Of a stretch of 64,000 nucleotides of DNA, positions 26,336 to 37,570 are shown piece after piece. This DNA comes from an uncultured Acidobacteriota bacterium. GTDB lineage: Bacteria; Acidobacteriota; Vicinamibacteria; Vicinamibacterales; 2-12-FULL-66-21. The position numbers were made by a program, and so were the translations under genes. The notes beneath the pieces were generated by a model that did not search any database, was not told the DNA's origin, and saw only the letters and a list, made by a program, of their open reading frames with translations. The first letter of the stretch is position 1. Each line of letters opens with the position of its first letter. The stretch spans positions 698,598 through 762,597 of the forward strand of contig CAVRYD010000014.1 of NCBI GenBank assembly GCA_963725335.1. Reading direction: 5' to 3'.

Positions 26336-27287
26336 AACCAGCCACGCGTTTTCGAAGCGTCTTGACGTGCTCCCAGATCTGCGTCGCGTCGTCGGTCTCC
26401 GCATCGGGAGGCACGGAACCGTCGCTGTCGTCGCCGGAGCTGTCGGCGTCGTGCTCGGCGAGCACATCGTGTTCGCCAGGTTCGACGAGTTTGGGTATCA
26501 GCCGGAGGTATTCCTCGAGATCGCGCAGCGCTCCGGCGAAGTCCTGCAGGTGGTACGCCAGGAGACCCCGATCGCGAAGCTCTGAGATCGCGGAGGGATC
26601 GATCCGGAGAAGCAGGCTCGAGATGAACCTCGCCTGCGGAAACGATCGCATCCTGACGTACAGTCGCTTCAGGTTGACCAGCATGCGAACGACGATCTCG
26701 TGGCGCGTGGCCGGGGCAAGCAGCGACGTGTCGAATGCTGCCTCGTCGCCGACATGCTGCCGAAGGAGCTGACGGCAGTCATATTCGGAGAGTCGCGCAC
26801 CGCTGTGAAACGGATCGATGATCGCGACCTCCGATCGAGCATCGCTGGAGACGCCGTCGCGGATGCGAAGCAGAAAGTGGCCGGGAAAATTCACGCCGTC
26901 GACGTGCAGCCCGGCCCGGCGCGCCACTTCGAGATAGATCACCGCGAGGCTGATCGGGATGCCGGTGCGCCGATCCAGCACCTCGTTGATGAAGCTGTTG
27001 CGAGGATCGTCGTAGCGTTCGCGGTTTCCAGCGAAGCCCTGCTCGTCATACAGGTACTCGTTGAACGCGCCCAGCGAATCGTTCCGGGCCTCATTCAGAC
27101 GGGCGGTCGCTTCCTCACCCATCCGATCGAGCTCGGCGAGATACGGACGCGAATCAAGCGACGGGTATTCGACTCGGGCAATCGCCAGGGCGGCTGGCGC
27201 GAGTTCGTCGCCCGGCCCGTCCATCGCCCTTTGCAGCTCGGCGGCCACCTCGGCGGTGCGTGCATTCAGATGCAGGGAAAACGGCAC
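26328..27287 (-). CDS. SirB1/YchA family protein (transglutaminase-like N-domain plus TPR-like C-domain)
   Basis: 319-aa ORF. GIPISLAVIYLEVARRAGLHVDGVNFPGHFLLRI and RDRGLLAYHL parallel E. coli YchA (RDRGLIYAQL) as I recall it. Confidence 0.75.
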   Translation of the reverse strand: MPFSLHLNARTAEVAAELQRAMDGPGDELAPAALAIARVEYPSLDSRPYLAELDRMGEEATARLNEARNDSLGAFNEYLYDEQGFAGNRERYDDPRNSFINEVLDRRTGIPISLAVIYLEVARRAGLHVDGVNFPGHFLLRIRDGVSSDARSEVAIIDPFHSGARLSEYDCRQLLRQHVGDEAAFDTSLLAPATRHEIVVRMLVNLKRLYVRMRSFPQARFISSLLLRIDPSAISELRDRGLLAYHLQDFAGALRDLEEYLRLIPKLVEPGEHDVLAEHDADSSGDDSDGSVPPDAETDDATQIWEHVKTLRKRVAGFN

Positions 27288-27340
27288 GCCTGAATTCTAG
27301 TGCCCGTGTGCGCGCTTCGCAAGGACGCCTGCGGCGACCG

Positions 27341-27545
27341 CGGAGGATCACGCAGAGAACGCGGAGATCGCAGGGATCGCAGAGAGGACGGATCTCACGC
27401 GGAGAAGCGCAGAGTTCGCGGAGAAGAAACGTGGCGGTCGCCGCCACGTTTTTTTCTCTGCGGCCTCTGCGATCCTCTGCGCGAGATCGTTTTCTCCGCG
27501 GCCTCTGCGATCTCGGCGTGAGATCTCCCGCGATCTCAGCGAGAC
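27341..27545. repeat. long imperfect palindrome built from CGCAGAG/GATCGCAGAG-type units and their complements
   Basis: The left half is rich in cgcagag, gatcgcag and cgcggagaa. The right half is rich in ctctgcg, ctgcgatc and ttctccgcg. The symmetry centre is the hairpin at 27429-27449. Confidence 0.75.
27427..27456 (+). terminator. intrinsic terminator at apex of the palindrome (partly bidirectional)
   Basis: ACGTGGCGG-tcg-CCGCCACGT stem at 27429-27449 followed by a T7 run. The A-rich 5' flank gives a weaker T-rich tail on the minus strand, downstream of the HAD gene. Confidence 0.6.
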
Positions 27546-27546
27546 A

Positions 27547-28228
27547 CTACCGCGGTTCGGTGCGCAGCCCGTCGATCAAGTCGGGAGTGAACTCGTCGAG
27601 GGATGTCACGATTCGATCGGCGCCGGGCAGGTGTTCGTGCGAGTAGGTCGTCGTAATGCCGACGCACGCGAGGCCCGCCGACTTCGCGGATTCGATGCCC
27701 CAACGCGAGTCCTCAATTGCCACGCACTCCTCAGGCGCGAGCGCATGAAGCTCCACGGCACGCCGGTAGGGATCGGGCGCAGGCTTGCCCGCGGGCGTTT
27801 CGCCGGATGCCACGATGAAGCGGAAGTATCGATCGAGACCCGCTCCGCGCAGGATGGCCTCGATCTCATGACGAAGGGCGCCCGACGCGATCCCGAGCGG
27901 ATATCTCGAGGCCATCAGCGCCACGCACGACGCTGCGCCCGGATACAGGATCTCGCCCGAGCCCAGACCCGCCTCGATCGTGTCGTCGAACGTCCGCGTC
28001 TTCTCGTCGATGAGCGCCCGGACTGCCCGAGCGTCCAATGGCAATCCATGCTTGGCGGCGAGCTGCGAGAACACGCCTTCATCGTCGTAGCCGAGGTAAC
28101 TGCGTGTAGTACTCGTTACGGGTCAGCGTGATGCCGAGCCTCGAAAGAACCTGCTGGTACGCACGCAGATGCAATGGTTCGGAATTGGCCAGCACCCCGT
28201 CGAAATCGAACACGACCGCTTTGATCAC
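27547..28228 (-). pseudogene. HAD-superfamily hydrolase (beta-phosphoglucomutase-like), one +1 frame break
   Basis: GTG 28228 begins VIKAVVFDFDGVLANSEPLHLRAYQQVL...YYTQL. The protein then continues in the frame of ORF 27547..28074 (LGYDDEGVFSQLAAKHG...). Deleting one base of gg 28095-28096 restores it. DxDG motif present. Confidence 0.75.
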
Positions 28229-28238
28229 GACGGTCTGG

Positions 28239-28835
28239 TCAATGTCCCGAGAGATTCATGCGCTCGCCAGACCGGATGGGAATGGGTAGCCGGTTTTCGC
28301 GCGGCGGATACGGGCAGTCGTACTTCGGGTTGTAGTAGCAGAACGGGTGAAACGCGCGGTTGAAGTCGAGATCGTAAATGCCCGTCGGCGTACCGATCGA
28401 GCTCGAGATAGCGCCCGCCTGGATACGTTTCGGTGCCGTTCGTGAGATCCCCGAACGGGACGAACAGATGGCTCATGTCCTGCTGACCGACTTCCACGAA
28501 GGCCGTCAGTGTCAGCAGGCGGCCCTTCAGCGTAAAAGACAACTGGCCGACCCGATTGTGAGGACGACGCTCGCCGCGGGATGTGGGAATCTCGATCACC
28601 TCGTCGGTGCGGGCGACGGCCAGAGACGCCGGAATCCGGTATTCCGGCTCGATCGGGAAGTACGTCAGGGGCGGAAACGACGCCCGCTGGTCCGGCGGAA
28701 TTGGCGAGTCAGGAGATCGTTGCATGAACTGGTCCTTCGTCGCCCGCCACTCGCTGATGCTGTCGATGTACGGCACCTCCTTCGCGGTGCATGCCGCCGC
28801 CAGCATGAGGGTCCCGGCAAGGAGCGCCTTACGCA

Positions 28836-28839
<4 letters not shown>
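28239..28839 (-). pseudogene. DUF1684 family lipoprotein, one +1 frame break
   Basis: ORF 28225..28839 is good to ...YPGGRYLELDR. The next frame reads GIYDLDFNRAFHPFCYYNPKYDCPYPPRENRLPIPIRSGERMNLSGH with its stop at 28241-28239. Deleting one c of ccc 28381-28383 restores it. Lipobox-like MLAAAC. Confidence 0.75.
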
Positions 28840-30610
<1,771 letters not shown>

Positions 30611-30617
30611 GACGCAC

Positions 30618-31745
30618 CTACATGCTTTCGAAAATTCCGGCGGCGCCCATCCCGCCGCCGACGCACATCGACACCAGCCCGTAACGCGCCTTCCGCCGCC
30701 GCATTTCGTACAGAATCGTCGCGGTCAGCTTTGCGCCGGTGCAGCCCAGCGGATGACCGAGCGCGATGGCGCCGCCATTGACGTTCAGGCGCTCCGGATC
30801 GATCGGCAGCTCCCGAAGACAGGCGATCACCTGTGCGGCGAATGCTTCATTCAGTTCCACGAGGTCCATCTGATCGAGCGAGAGTCCAGCCAGTTTCAGG
30901 GCCTTGCGGATAGCGGGCACGGGGCCGATGCCAAAACGCTCCGGCTCGACGCCGGCCGTCGCGAAGGCAACGAACCTGGCGAGTGGATCGAGCTTCAGTT
31001 CGCGCGCGCGATCGCGCGACATGAGCAGCACCGCAGCCGCGCCATCGCTCGTCTGAGACGAGTTGCCGGCGGTGACCGTCCCGGTGACGTGGAACGCGGG
31101 CTTGAGCTTCGCAAGCGCCTGGATCGAGGTATCGCGCCGAGGCCCTTCGTCCGTCTTCAGCCCGGAAAGCGGTACGAGTTCCTCGTCGAATCGCCCCCCA
31201 TCGATCGCGGCGACCGCTCGCTGGTGAGAGCGGAGCGCGAACGCATCCTGTTCCTCCCGCGAAACCGAGGCTTCCCGGGCATGGTTCTCCGCGACCAGTC
31301 CGGTGCTGAGATAGACGTCCGGATAGGTGTCGACGAGAATAGGGTTCGGCGCGACCTTGTTGCCGCCCATGGGTACGAGACTCATCGACTCGGTTCCCCC
31401 GGCAATCACCGTCGAGGCGAAGCCGGCCATGATCCGCTCGGCTGCTGACGCAATCGACTGAAGACCTGACGAGCAGAAGCGGTTGATCGTGACGGCCGAC
31501 GCGGACACCGGCACGCCGGCGCGCAGACTGGCGATCCGCGCCACGTTGAGGCCCTGCTCGGCCTCGGGCATCGCACACCCGAGCATCACGTCCTCAACCT
31601 CGCCGGGCTCGAGTGCCGGCACGCGGCGGAGCAGTTCGCTGATGACGACCGCCGCCATCTCATCGGGCCGTGTGGTACGGAGCGCACCGTTCGGGGCTTT
31701 ACCGACTGGCGTACGGACGGCGGAAACGATGACGGCATCTTTCAT
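30618..31745 (-). CDS. acetyl-CoA C-acyltransferase (thiolase)
   Basis: 375-aa intact ORF with active-site regions NRFCSSGLQ and NEAFAAQ, and the C-terminal [13 protein letters not shown]. Confidence 0.9.
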   Translation of the reverse strand: MKDAVIVSAVRTPVGKAPNGALRTTRPDEMAAVVISELLRRVPALEPGEVEDVMLGCAMPEAEQGLNVARIASLRAGVPVSASAVTINRFCSSGLQSIASAAERIMAGFASTVIAGGTESMSLVPMGGNKVAPNPILVDTYPDVYLSTGLVAENHAREASVSREEQDAFALRSHQRAVAAIDGGRFDEELVPLSGLKTDEGPRRDTSIQALAKLKPAFHVTGTVTAGNSSQTSDGAAAVLLMSRDRARELKLDPLARFVAFATAGVEPERFGIGPVPAIRKALKLAGLSLDQMDLVELNEAFAAQVIACLRELPIDPERLNVNGGAIALGHPLGCTGAKLTATILYEMRRRKARYGLVSMCVGGGMGAAGIFESM

Positions 31746-31748
31746 GAT

Positions 31749-32414
31749 TCAGTGCCCGGAAAAATCGCCCAGCAGGTCCTCGAGCGCCTCGCCAACCTCC
31801 TGCGCCTTGCCTTCGAACAGGTGATCTGCCCCGTCGATGACCACGAGCTCTTTGGGTTCTTCGAGCTTTGCATAGAACGCCCACATGCCCTCGAGCGGGC
31901 ACACCTCGTCGGACTCTCCCTGTACGAAGAACTTGGGTTTGTGGCTCGCCAGCGTGTTCTCGAAACTGTAATTGTGTCCTGATATCGAGGTGGCGACAGG
32001 CGGAGCGATGCCGATCAGAGCCGACACGCGGTCGTCAGTGGCCCCGACCTCCAGCGCGACCCACGATCCGAACGAGAACCCGGCGGCCCACAATGGTGTG
32101 TCCGGAAACTGCCGCGCCATGTAGTCCAACGCGGCCTTGAAATCGTCCTTCTCTCCCTGTCCCTCGTCGAACGCGCCGTCACTTCGGCCAACACCGCGGA
32201 AGTTGAATCGCAAGACGGCGCAGCCGATACGCGCCAGCCCCTTGGCCCCGCGAAACACGACCTTCGTGTGCATGGTGCCGCCAAACTGCGGATGCGGATG
32301 TGCGAACACCACGGCTGCCTTGACCGCCGTCCGTTCCGACGACCGCCGTTCGGGTTCATCCAGCAGTGCGTCGAGCGCGCCTGCGGGACCCACGAGATCA
32401 GTGACGGTTGGCAT
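31749..32414 (-). CDS. alpha/beta hydrolase (small, COG2945-like)
   Basis: 221-aa ORF with VVFAHPHPQFGGTMH, FNFRGVGRSDG and the nucleophile elbow GFSFGSW. Confidence 0.75.
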   Translation of the reverse strand: MPTVTDLVGPAGALDALLDEPERRSSERTAVKAAVVFAHPHPQFGGTMHTKVVFRGAKGLARIGCAVLRFNFRGVGRSDGAFDEGQGEKDDFKAALDYMARQFPDTPLWAAGFSFGSWVALEVGATDDRVSALIGIAPPVATSISGHNYSFENTLASHKPKFFVQGESDEVCPLEGMWAFYAKLEEPKELVVIDGADHLFEGKAQEVGEALEDLLGDFSGH

Positions 32415-33177
32415 CGATGAATCCCGTGACGATGTCGGCGAACTGCGCCGGATGGGTGAGCAGGCCGATATGCCCGGATCGTCTCATTTGCACGTACTGC
32501 GCGCCGGGGATGAGCTCGCGATATCGCCTCGTGACTTCGGCCGGAACGATCTGGTCCAGATCGTCCTCGCCGGTCACGATGAGCGTTGGCGCTTTCACCC
32601 GGGCGCAGTCCGGAGCGAAGTCCTGCTCCTGCTGCAGCGTGACCCGCTCGGCCATTCGTGGAGGAATGATTGGCGCGCTCACAACCCGCGCGGCGTGACG
32701 AACCGAAAACGCCAGCCGCTCGCGTGGCGAGTCGTACGCCGCGCGGATCTCCGGCCACAACCGCATTGGCGCGTTGGCGACAAACGCTGGCGTCGACCAC
32801 CACGGGTGCATCACATGGCGCTGCTGCCGCGCTGAGGGTACCCAGCCGGGAGCGGGCGACGAGACGAATACGAGCGACGATACCCGCTCAGGATGCATGG
32901 CCGCATAGCGCAAGGCGATGAACCCGCCGTACGAAACTCCACACAACGCCGCCCGCTCGATACCGGCTCGTTCGAACACCAGCTCGAGCTGGCGGACGAA
33001 ATTGTCGAACCCCAGTGACGGATCGAACCTCATTCCCGATCCGATGTCGCCGCACAGCGTGTAGGACAGGGTGCGGCAGCGTTTTCGCAGCTCGTCGAGC
33101 GTGGGCTTCATCCATTCCCATCGGCCCTGCACGCCGGGAATCACGATGAGCGGCGTTCCGGTTCCCTCGTCAAACAC
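32398..33177 (-). CDS. alpha/beta fold hydrolase
   Basis: 259-aa ORF with PLIVIPG, the nucleophile elbow GVSYGG, and a C-terminal SGHIGLLTHP histidine region. Confidence 0.8.
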   Translation of the reverse strand: MFDEGTGTPLIVIPGVQGRWEWMKPTLDELRKRCRTLSYTLCGDIGSGMRFDPSLGFDNFVRQLELVFERAGIERAALCGVSYGGFIALRYAAMHPERVSSLVFVSSPAPGWVPSARQQRHVMHPWWSTPAFVANAPMRLWPEIRAAYDSPRERLAFSVRHAARVVSAPIIPPRMAERVTLQQEQDFAPDCARVKAPTLIVTGEDDLDQIVPAEVTRRYRELIPGAQYVQMRRSGHIGLLTHPAQFADIVTGFIDANRH

Positions 33178-33180
33178 CGT

Positions 33181-35345
33181 TTAGTTCCTCAGCGGCTTTC
33201 CGGTCTTCAGCGTGTGCGCGATCCGTTCCTGGGTCTTGCGTTCACCGCAGAGGCTGAGGAACGCCTCGCGTTCGAGGTCGAGCAGCTGCTGCTCGGTGAC
33301 GGTCGTCGCGTGTGGCGCGTCGCCGCCGGCGAGAATCCACGCCAGCTTCCGGCCGATCAGCGCGTCGTGATCGCTGATGCGACCTGCGCGCCACGCCAGG
33401 TGGATGCCGAGCTTCAGTGTGGCAAGCAGGCCGCTTCCGCCGACGCGGATGGCCGCTCGTGGCTGCGGGCGCACGTAATCAGGCACGCGTGCCAGTGCGA
33501 GCGCCTTTGCGTCCTCCTGCAGGCGATCCCGGTTCATGGAAATTCCGTCCGCCTCGCGCAGATATCCGAGGCGACGCGCATCGGGGCCGCTCGTGGACAC
33601 CTTCGCGAACCCGATCGTCTCGAACACGCGCTGAACGGCCGGTCGCGGATCGGCCGCGGCCGGATCCTGCTCCATCGCGCGCGCGAGCATTTCCTTCGTG
33701 CCTCCGCCGGCTGGAATCAGGCCGACGCCGACTTCAACCAGGCCGATGTACGCTTCAGCCGCGGCCTGCACGCGATCCGCATGCAGTGCAATCTCGCACC
33801 CGCCGCCGAGTGCCAGACCTGCCGGTGCGACCACCACAGGGACGTCGGCATATTTCAGCGCCATCGTTGCACCCTGGAACGCGCGGATCATCAGGTCCAC
33901 CTCATCCCAGTTCCCCTCCTGCGATTCCAGAAGGAGCAACATCAGATTGGCGCCGGCTGAGAAGTGCACCGCATCGTTCGCAACCACCAGCGCACTGAAG
34001 TTCGCGGACGCCTCCTTGACACCGGTCTGAAGCATCTGGATGGTGTCGCCGCCGATCGCGTTCATCTTCGAATGGAACTCGACCGAGAGCACTCCCTCTC
34101 CGAGATCGATGAGGCTGGCACCGCCATTCCGCTTGACGACATGCTTCGAACGTGCGGCCACGAGGGTCGACGAGCCCCGTCCCAGAGTCCTGCATCGTTT
34201 CAAACGGGCCCAGCTCCCAGCCGAATCCCCATCGCATCGCGTTGTCGATGTCTGCCCGGTCGTGCGCGATCTGCGGGGCCACACGCTCCGTGTAGTCCAG
34301 CGTCGGCGCGAGAGTGTCGCGGAGGAACCGTCCGACCTTGTCCTCTCCGTTCATCAGCGTGCGAATGCGCTCCCCGACGCTCTCGATGCTGCGTGCCGCG
34401 TCGAGCGATGGCAGGCGCGCCGGCTGCTTCGCCCGGTATTCCATCGATGAAGGATCGAGCGTCAGGATGTCTCCGTCCGCGGTCTTCTTGTAGAACCCCT
34501 GTCCAGCCTTGGCGCCCACCCAGCCCCGCTGGACCAGATCCGCCACCAGCGTCGGCAGCTCGAAGACGCGGCGATCCTCCGCCGAATCGAGCCGCTCGGC
34601 GAGGTTTCGTGAAACGTGCGCGAGCACATCGATGCCCGCGATGTCCATGGTTCGAAACGTGGCGCTTTTCGGCCGCCCGATCGCCGGTCCCGTGATGGCG
34701 TCGATCTCCTCGATCGTGTACTCGCCCGTCGAGAGCGCGCGGAAGACCTGCATCACGCCGAACAGGCCGAGGTGATTCGCGATGAAATTCGGTGTGTCCT
34801 TCGCCACCACAACACCCTTCCCAAGATGGCGATCCGCGAAGGCGATGACCGCGTCGACAATGGCGGGATCGGTGTCGGGCGTGGGAATGACCTCCAGAAG
34901 CCGGAGGTATCTTGGGGGATTGAAGAAATGCGTGCCGAGAAAGTGCCGCCGGAACCCCGCGGATCGTCCTTCTGCCAGCGCCGCGATCGGAATCCCCGAG
35001 GTGTTGGAACTGACGACGGCGCCGGCTCGCCGGTGCGGTTCGAGCCGCGCCAACAGTGCCTGCTTGATGTCGAGCCGTTCGACGACTGCCTCGAGAATCC
35101 AGTCGCACGTCGAGACCGCGGCGATGTCTTCGTCGAAGCCACCAGTCCGGATCAAGCGTGTGTGTCACCGGCGTGAAGAATGGATCCGGCTTGAGGGCGC
35201 GTGCGCGCTCGAGGCCTTCGCGCGCGGCCTCACGCGTGACGTCAAGCAGAAGCGCTGGGACGCCGGCGTTCGCGAAATGCGCCGCGATCTGCGCGCCCAT
35301 CGTGCCTGCGCCGAGCACCGCCGCCTCCCGCACGTGCCACATCAT
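33181..35345 (-). pseudogene. 3-hydroxyacyl-CoA dehydrogenase / enoyl-CoA hydratase fusion (FadN/FadB-like), two +1 frame breaks
   Basis: Start ATGATG 35345 ([24 protein letters not shown]-binding). It continues in ORF 33902..35155 (..[14 protein letters not shown]..) and then ORF 33181..34284 (crotonase part ..FSAGANL..GLALGGGCE..). 2165 nt minus 2 is a multiple of 3. The start overlaps the TetR stop (ATGA). Confidence 0.8.
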
Positions 35346-35960
35346 CGGCTCAGTCCGCCGACGAACAGATCGACGACCTCGCCGGCTTGCGCCTCGAGCG
35401 AATACTTGCGACGGCTCAGGATCCAGTTCGTCGCCATCTCGTCCAGCACGCCGAAGAACATCTTGGCCGCCAGCGTCGCGTTCACCCCTGAACGGAATAC
35501 TCCGGCTGCCTGACCCTCGGAGATGACGTCGCGGATGATGCCGAGGTACTCGACGAAGATAGGTCGCCGAAAACCGCTCCATGAATTTCGTGGACTGCCG
35601 CAGCTCCACCTGGAAGACGACCGCCAGATCGCGATCGCGGCCGAGCCGCTCGAAATGCAGCCGCGCAATCTCGCGCAGCCGCTCGACTGGACTGCGCCTC
35701 GCCTCAACGCTCTCACGGCCTGCCGCGATCGCCTCGGTCATCGTGCGTTCGAAGATCGAGATCAGCAGGTCGTCCTTGCCGCGGAAGTACAGGTAGACCG
35801 TTCCGGCCGCAACGCCCGCGCTGCGCGCCACGTCGGCCACTTGCGCATTGAAAAAGCCGCGAGCCGCGAACGTCTCGATGGCGGCGCGCAGGATCGCATC
35901 GCGTTTATCGGCTTTGTCCGCGCGCTCTGCCAAGGCCGGGCGCCGCACGGTCGTGGGCAT
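35342..35960 (-). pseudogene. TetR-family transcriptional regulator (FadR-like by context), one +1 frame break
   Basis: ATG 35960 begins MPTTVRRP...[44 protein letters not shown] (TetR HTH). The C-terminal part lies in ORF 35342..35716. 619 nt minus 1 is a multiple of 3. Confidence 0.8.
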
Positions 35961-35977
35961 GAATGAATGTTCATTCA
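35960..35977. promoter_or_regulatory. candidate TetR operator: perfect 8+2+8 palindrome TGAATGAA-TG-TTCATTCA
   Basis: The palindrome was read directly from the sequence and abuts the TetR start codon. The TGAATGA/TCATTCA half-sites resemble operators I recall for TetR-type fatty-acid regulators (unverified). It is the only copy in the window. Confidence 0.5.
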
Positions 35978-36191
35978 CTTTGGCGCGCGCTGTCAATAGA
36001 CGCGCTCGGAGAAGCCTCTCCCTTTCTCCCGTCCTCCTATTTGATCTTCTCTTCTTCTCGATTCCTCAATTCCGCCCCGGCGTTTGCGGGTTGTGGCGGA
36101 TTTGTGGATGTCACACAAAATTCACAGCAAGCTCGGCGCTTTTTCGCGAGAAAGCTGTGCCACTCGAGCGGAGCGGGAGTATACAGGTCCT

Positions 36192-36467
36192 ATGCTCGAT
36201 GAAGCCCAGCAGCAGTCGATCGTCACCCGGTTGAACCGTGTCGAGGGACAGATTCGGGGCATTCGCCGGATGGTCCAGGAACCGAGGCTGTGCATCGAGC
36301 TTCTGCAGCAACTCTCGGCTGCCGAGGCGGCGCTCAATCGGATCAGTCTCGCCGTGTTTCGGCATCACGTGGAGCGATGCGTGCCGGACGGCATCGTGCA
36401 GGGCGACCCTGAAAAGAGCCGCCGCCTTGCGGAGCTCGTGGACATTTTCGACCGGTTCGCCAAGTAG
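36192..36467 (+). CDS. CsoR/RcnR/FrmR-family metal- or aldehyde-sensing repressor
   Basis: ORF track 36084..36467 trimmed to MLDEAQQQSIVTRLNRVEGQIRGIRRMV. The C-H-C ligand pattern is present (RLCIELL ... FRHHVERC). Confidence 0.85.
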   Translation: MLDEAQQQSIVTRLNRVEGQIRGIRRMVQEPRLCIELLQQLSAAEAALNRISLAVFRHHVERCVPDGIVQGDPEKSRRLAELVDIFDRFAK

Positions 36468-36624
36468 CCATTTCTGACCCTTCCGCAGCGCAGCACCCTG
36501 CCCGGCGGGTGGTGACGCACCTCCCCCTTGCGCTAAACTGGAAAACTGCGGTTTGATGAATGACCCGCGTATACGCATGGGCTTTTGCAGGCGCACTTAG
36601 AGCGACGAGAGGCAAGGAGACATC

Positions 36625-37561
36625 ATGAAAGCATTGCGCATAGCCATCCCCGTCCGCACCGCGGTCGTATTGATTGCGGTGGCGATGCTGGCAGGTACCG
36701 CGATGGCACAGCCGAAGGGCAACGCCCGGTTGAGCGGCAAAGTCGTCGATGAGCAAGGTGCTCCGCTCGCCGATGTCGTCGTCAGGGCACAGATGACGGG
36801 TCAGCCCGACATCCTGTCCGGGAAGACCGACAAAAAGGGGGAGTGGAAGATCAACGGCGTCTCCAACGGCGAGTGGAAGGTCGAGATCGGAGGGCCAGGT
36901 CTCGAGACCGCCGTCGAGATGATCGAGGTCAAAGCGGACAAGGCCCCGCCGTTGAACGTTACGCTGAAGAAGGGTTCGCCAAAGGGCGACCCGAGTGCGG
37001 AGATCAACGGAGAGCTGCAGAAAGCCGCCGATCTCGCACAGTCGGGCAAGATTCCGGAGGCACGCAAGATCTACGAAGATCTCCTCGTGAAGTATCCGAA
37101 GGTTTACCAGCTCGAAGGCTTCATTGCTCGGACCTATGCCGCGGAGAACAATATTCCGGCGGCCCTGCAGCACCTCAAAGTCAATCTCGACCAAGAGCCG
37201 AACAACGTCGAGCTGAAGCTCTTTCAGGCCGAGCTGCTGATGGAAAGCGGCGACAAAGCAGGTGCGAAAGCGATTCTCGACACGGTCGACATGAAAGACG
37301 TGAAGGATCCGTATACCTTCATCAATCAAGCGATCAATTTGATCAACGAGAAGAAAGGTCAGGAGGCGGCGGACCTTCTGACAAAGCTCATGGCCCAGTT
37401 CCCGACGACGAGCGAGCTGTATTACTACCGGGGCCGAGCCTACGTCGCATCCGATAAATTGGACGACGCGCGGGCGGACCTCGAGAAGTTCGTTTCGATT
37501 GTCGCCAAACGCGAAAGAAGCGGCGGACGCGAAGAAGATCCTCGAGCAGATCAAGAAGTAG
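36625..37561 (+). pseudogene. secreted CarboxypepD_reg-like plus TPR-repeat protein, one +1 frame break near the 3' end
   Basis: AAGGAG RBS 6 nt before ATG 36625; signal peptide. ORF 36625..37695 is good to ...EKFVSIVA, and the next frame gives NAKEAADAKKILEQIKK with its stop at 37559-37561. Deleting one a of aaa 37507-37509 restores it. Confidence 0.7.
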
Positions 37562-37570
37562 CGGTAGGCC

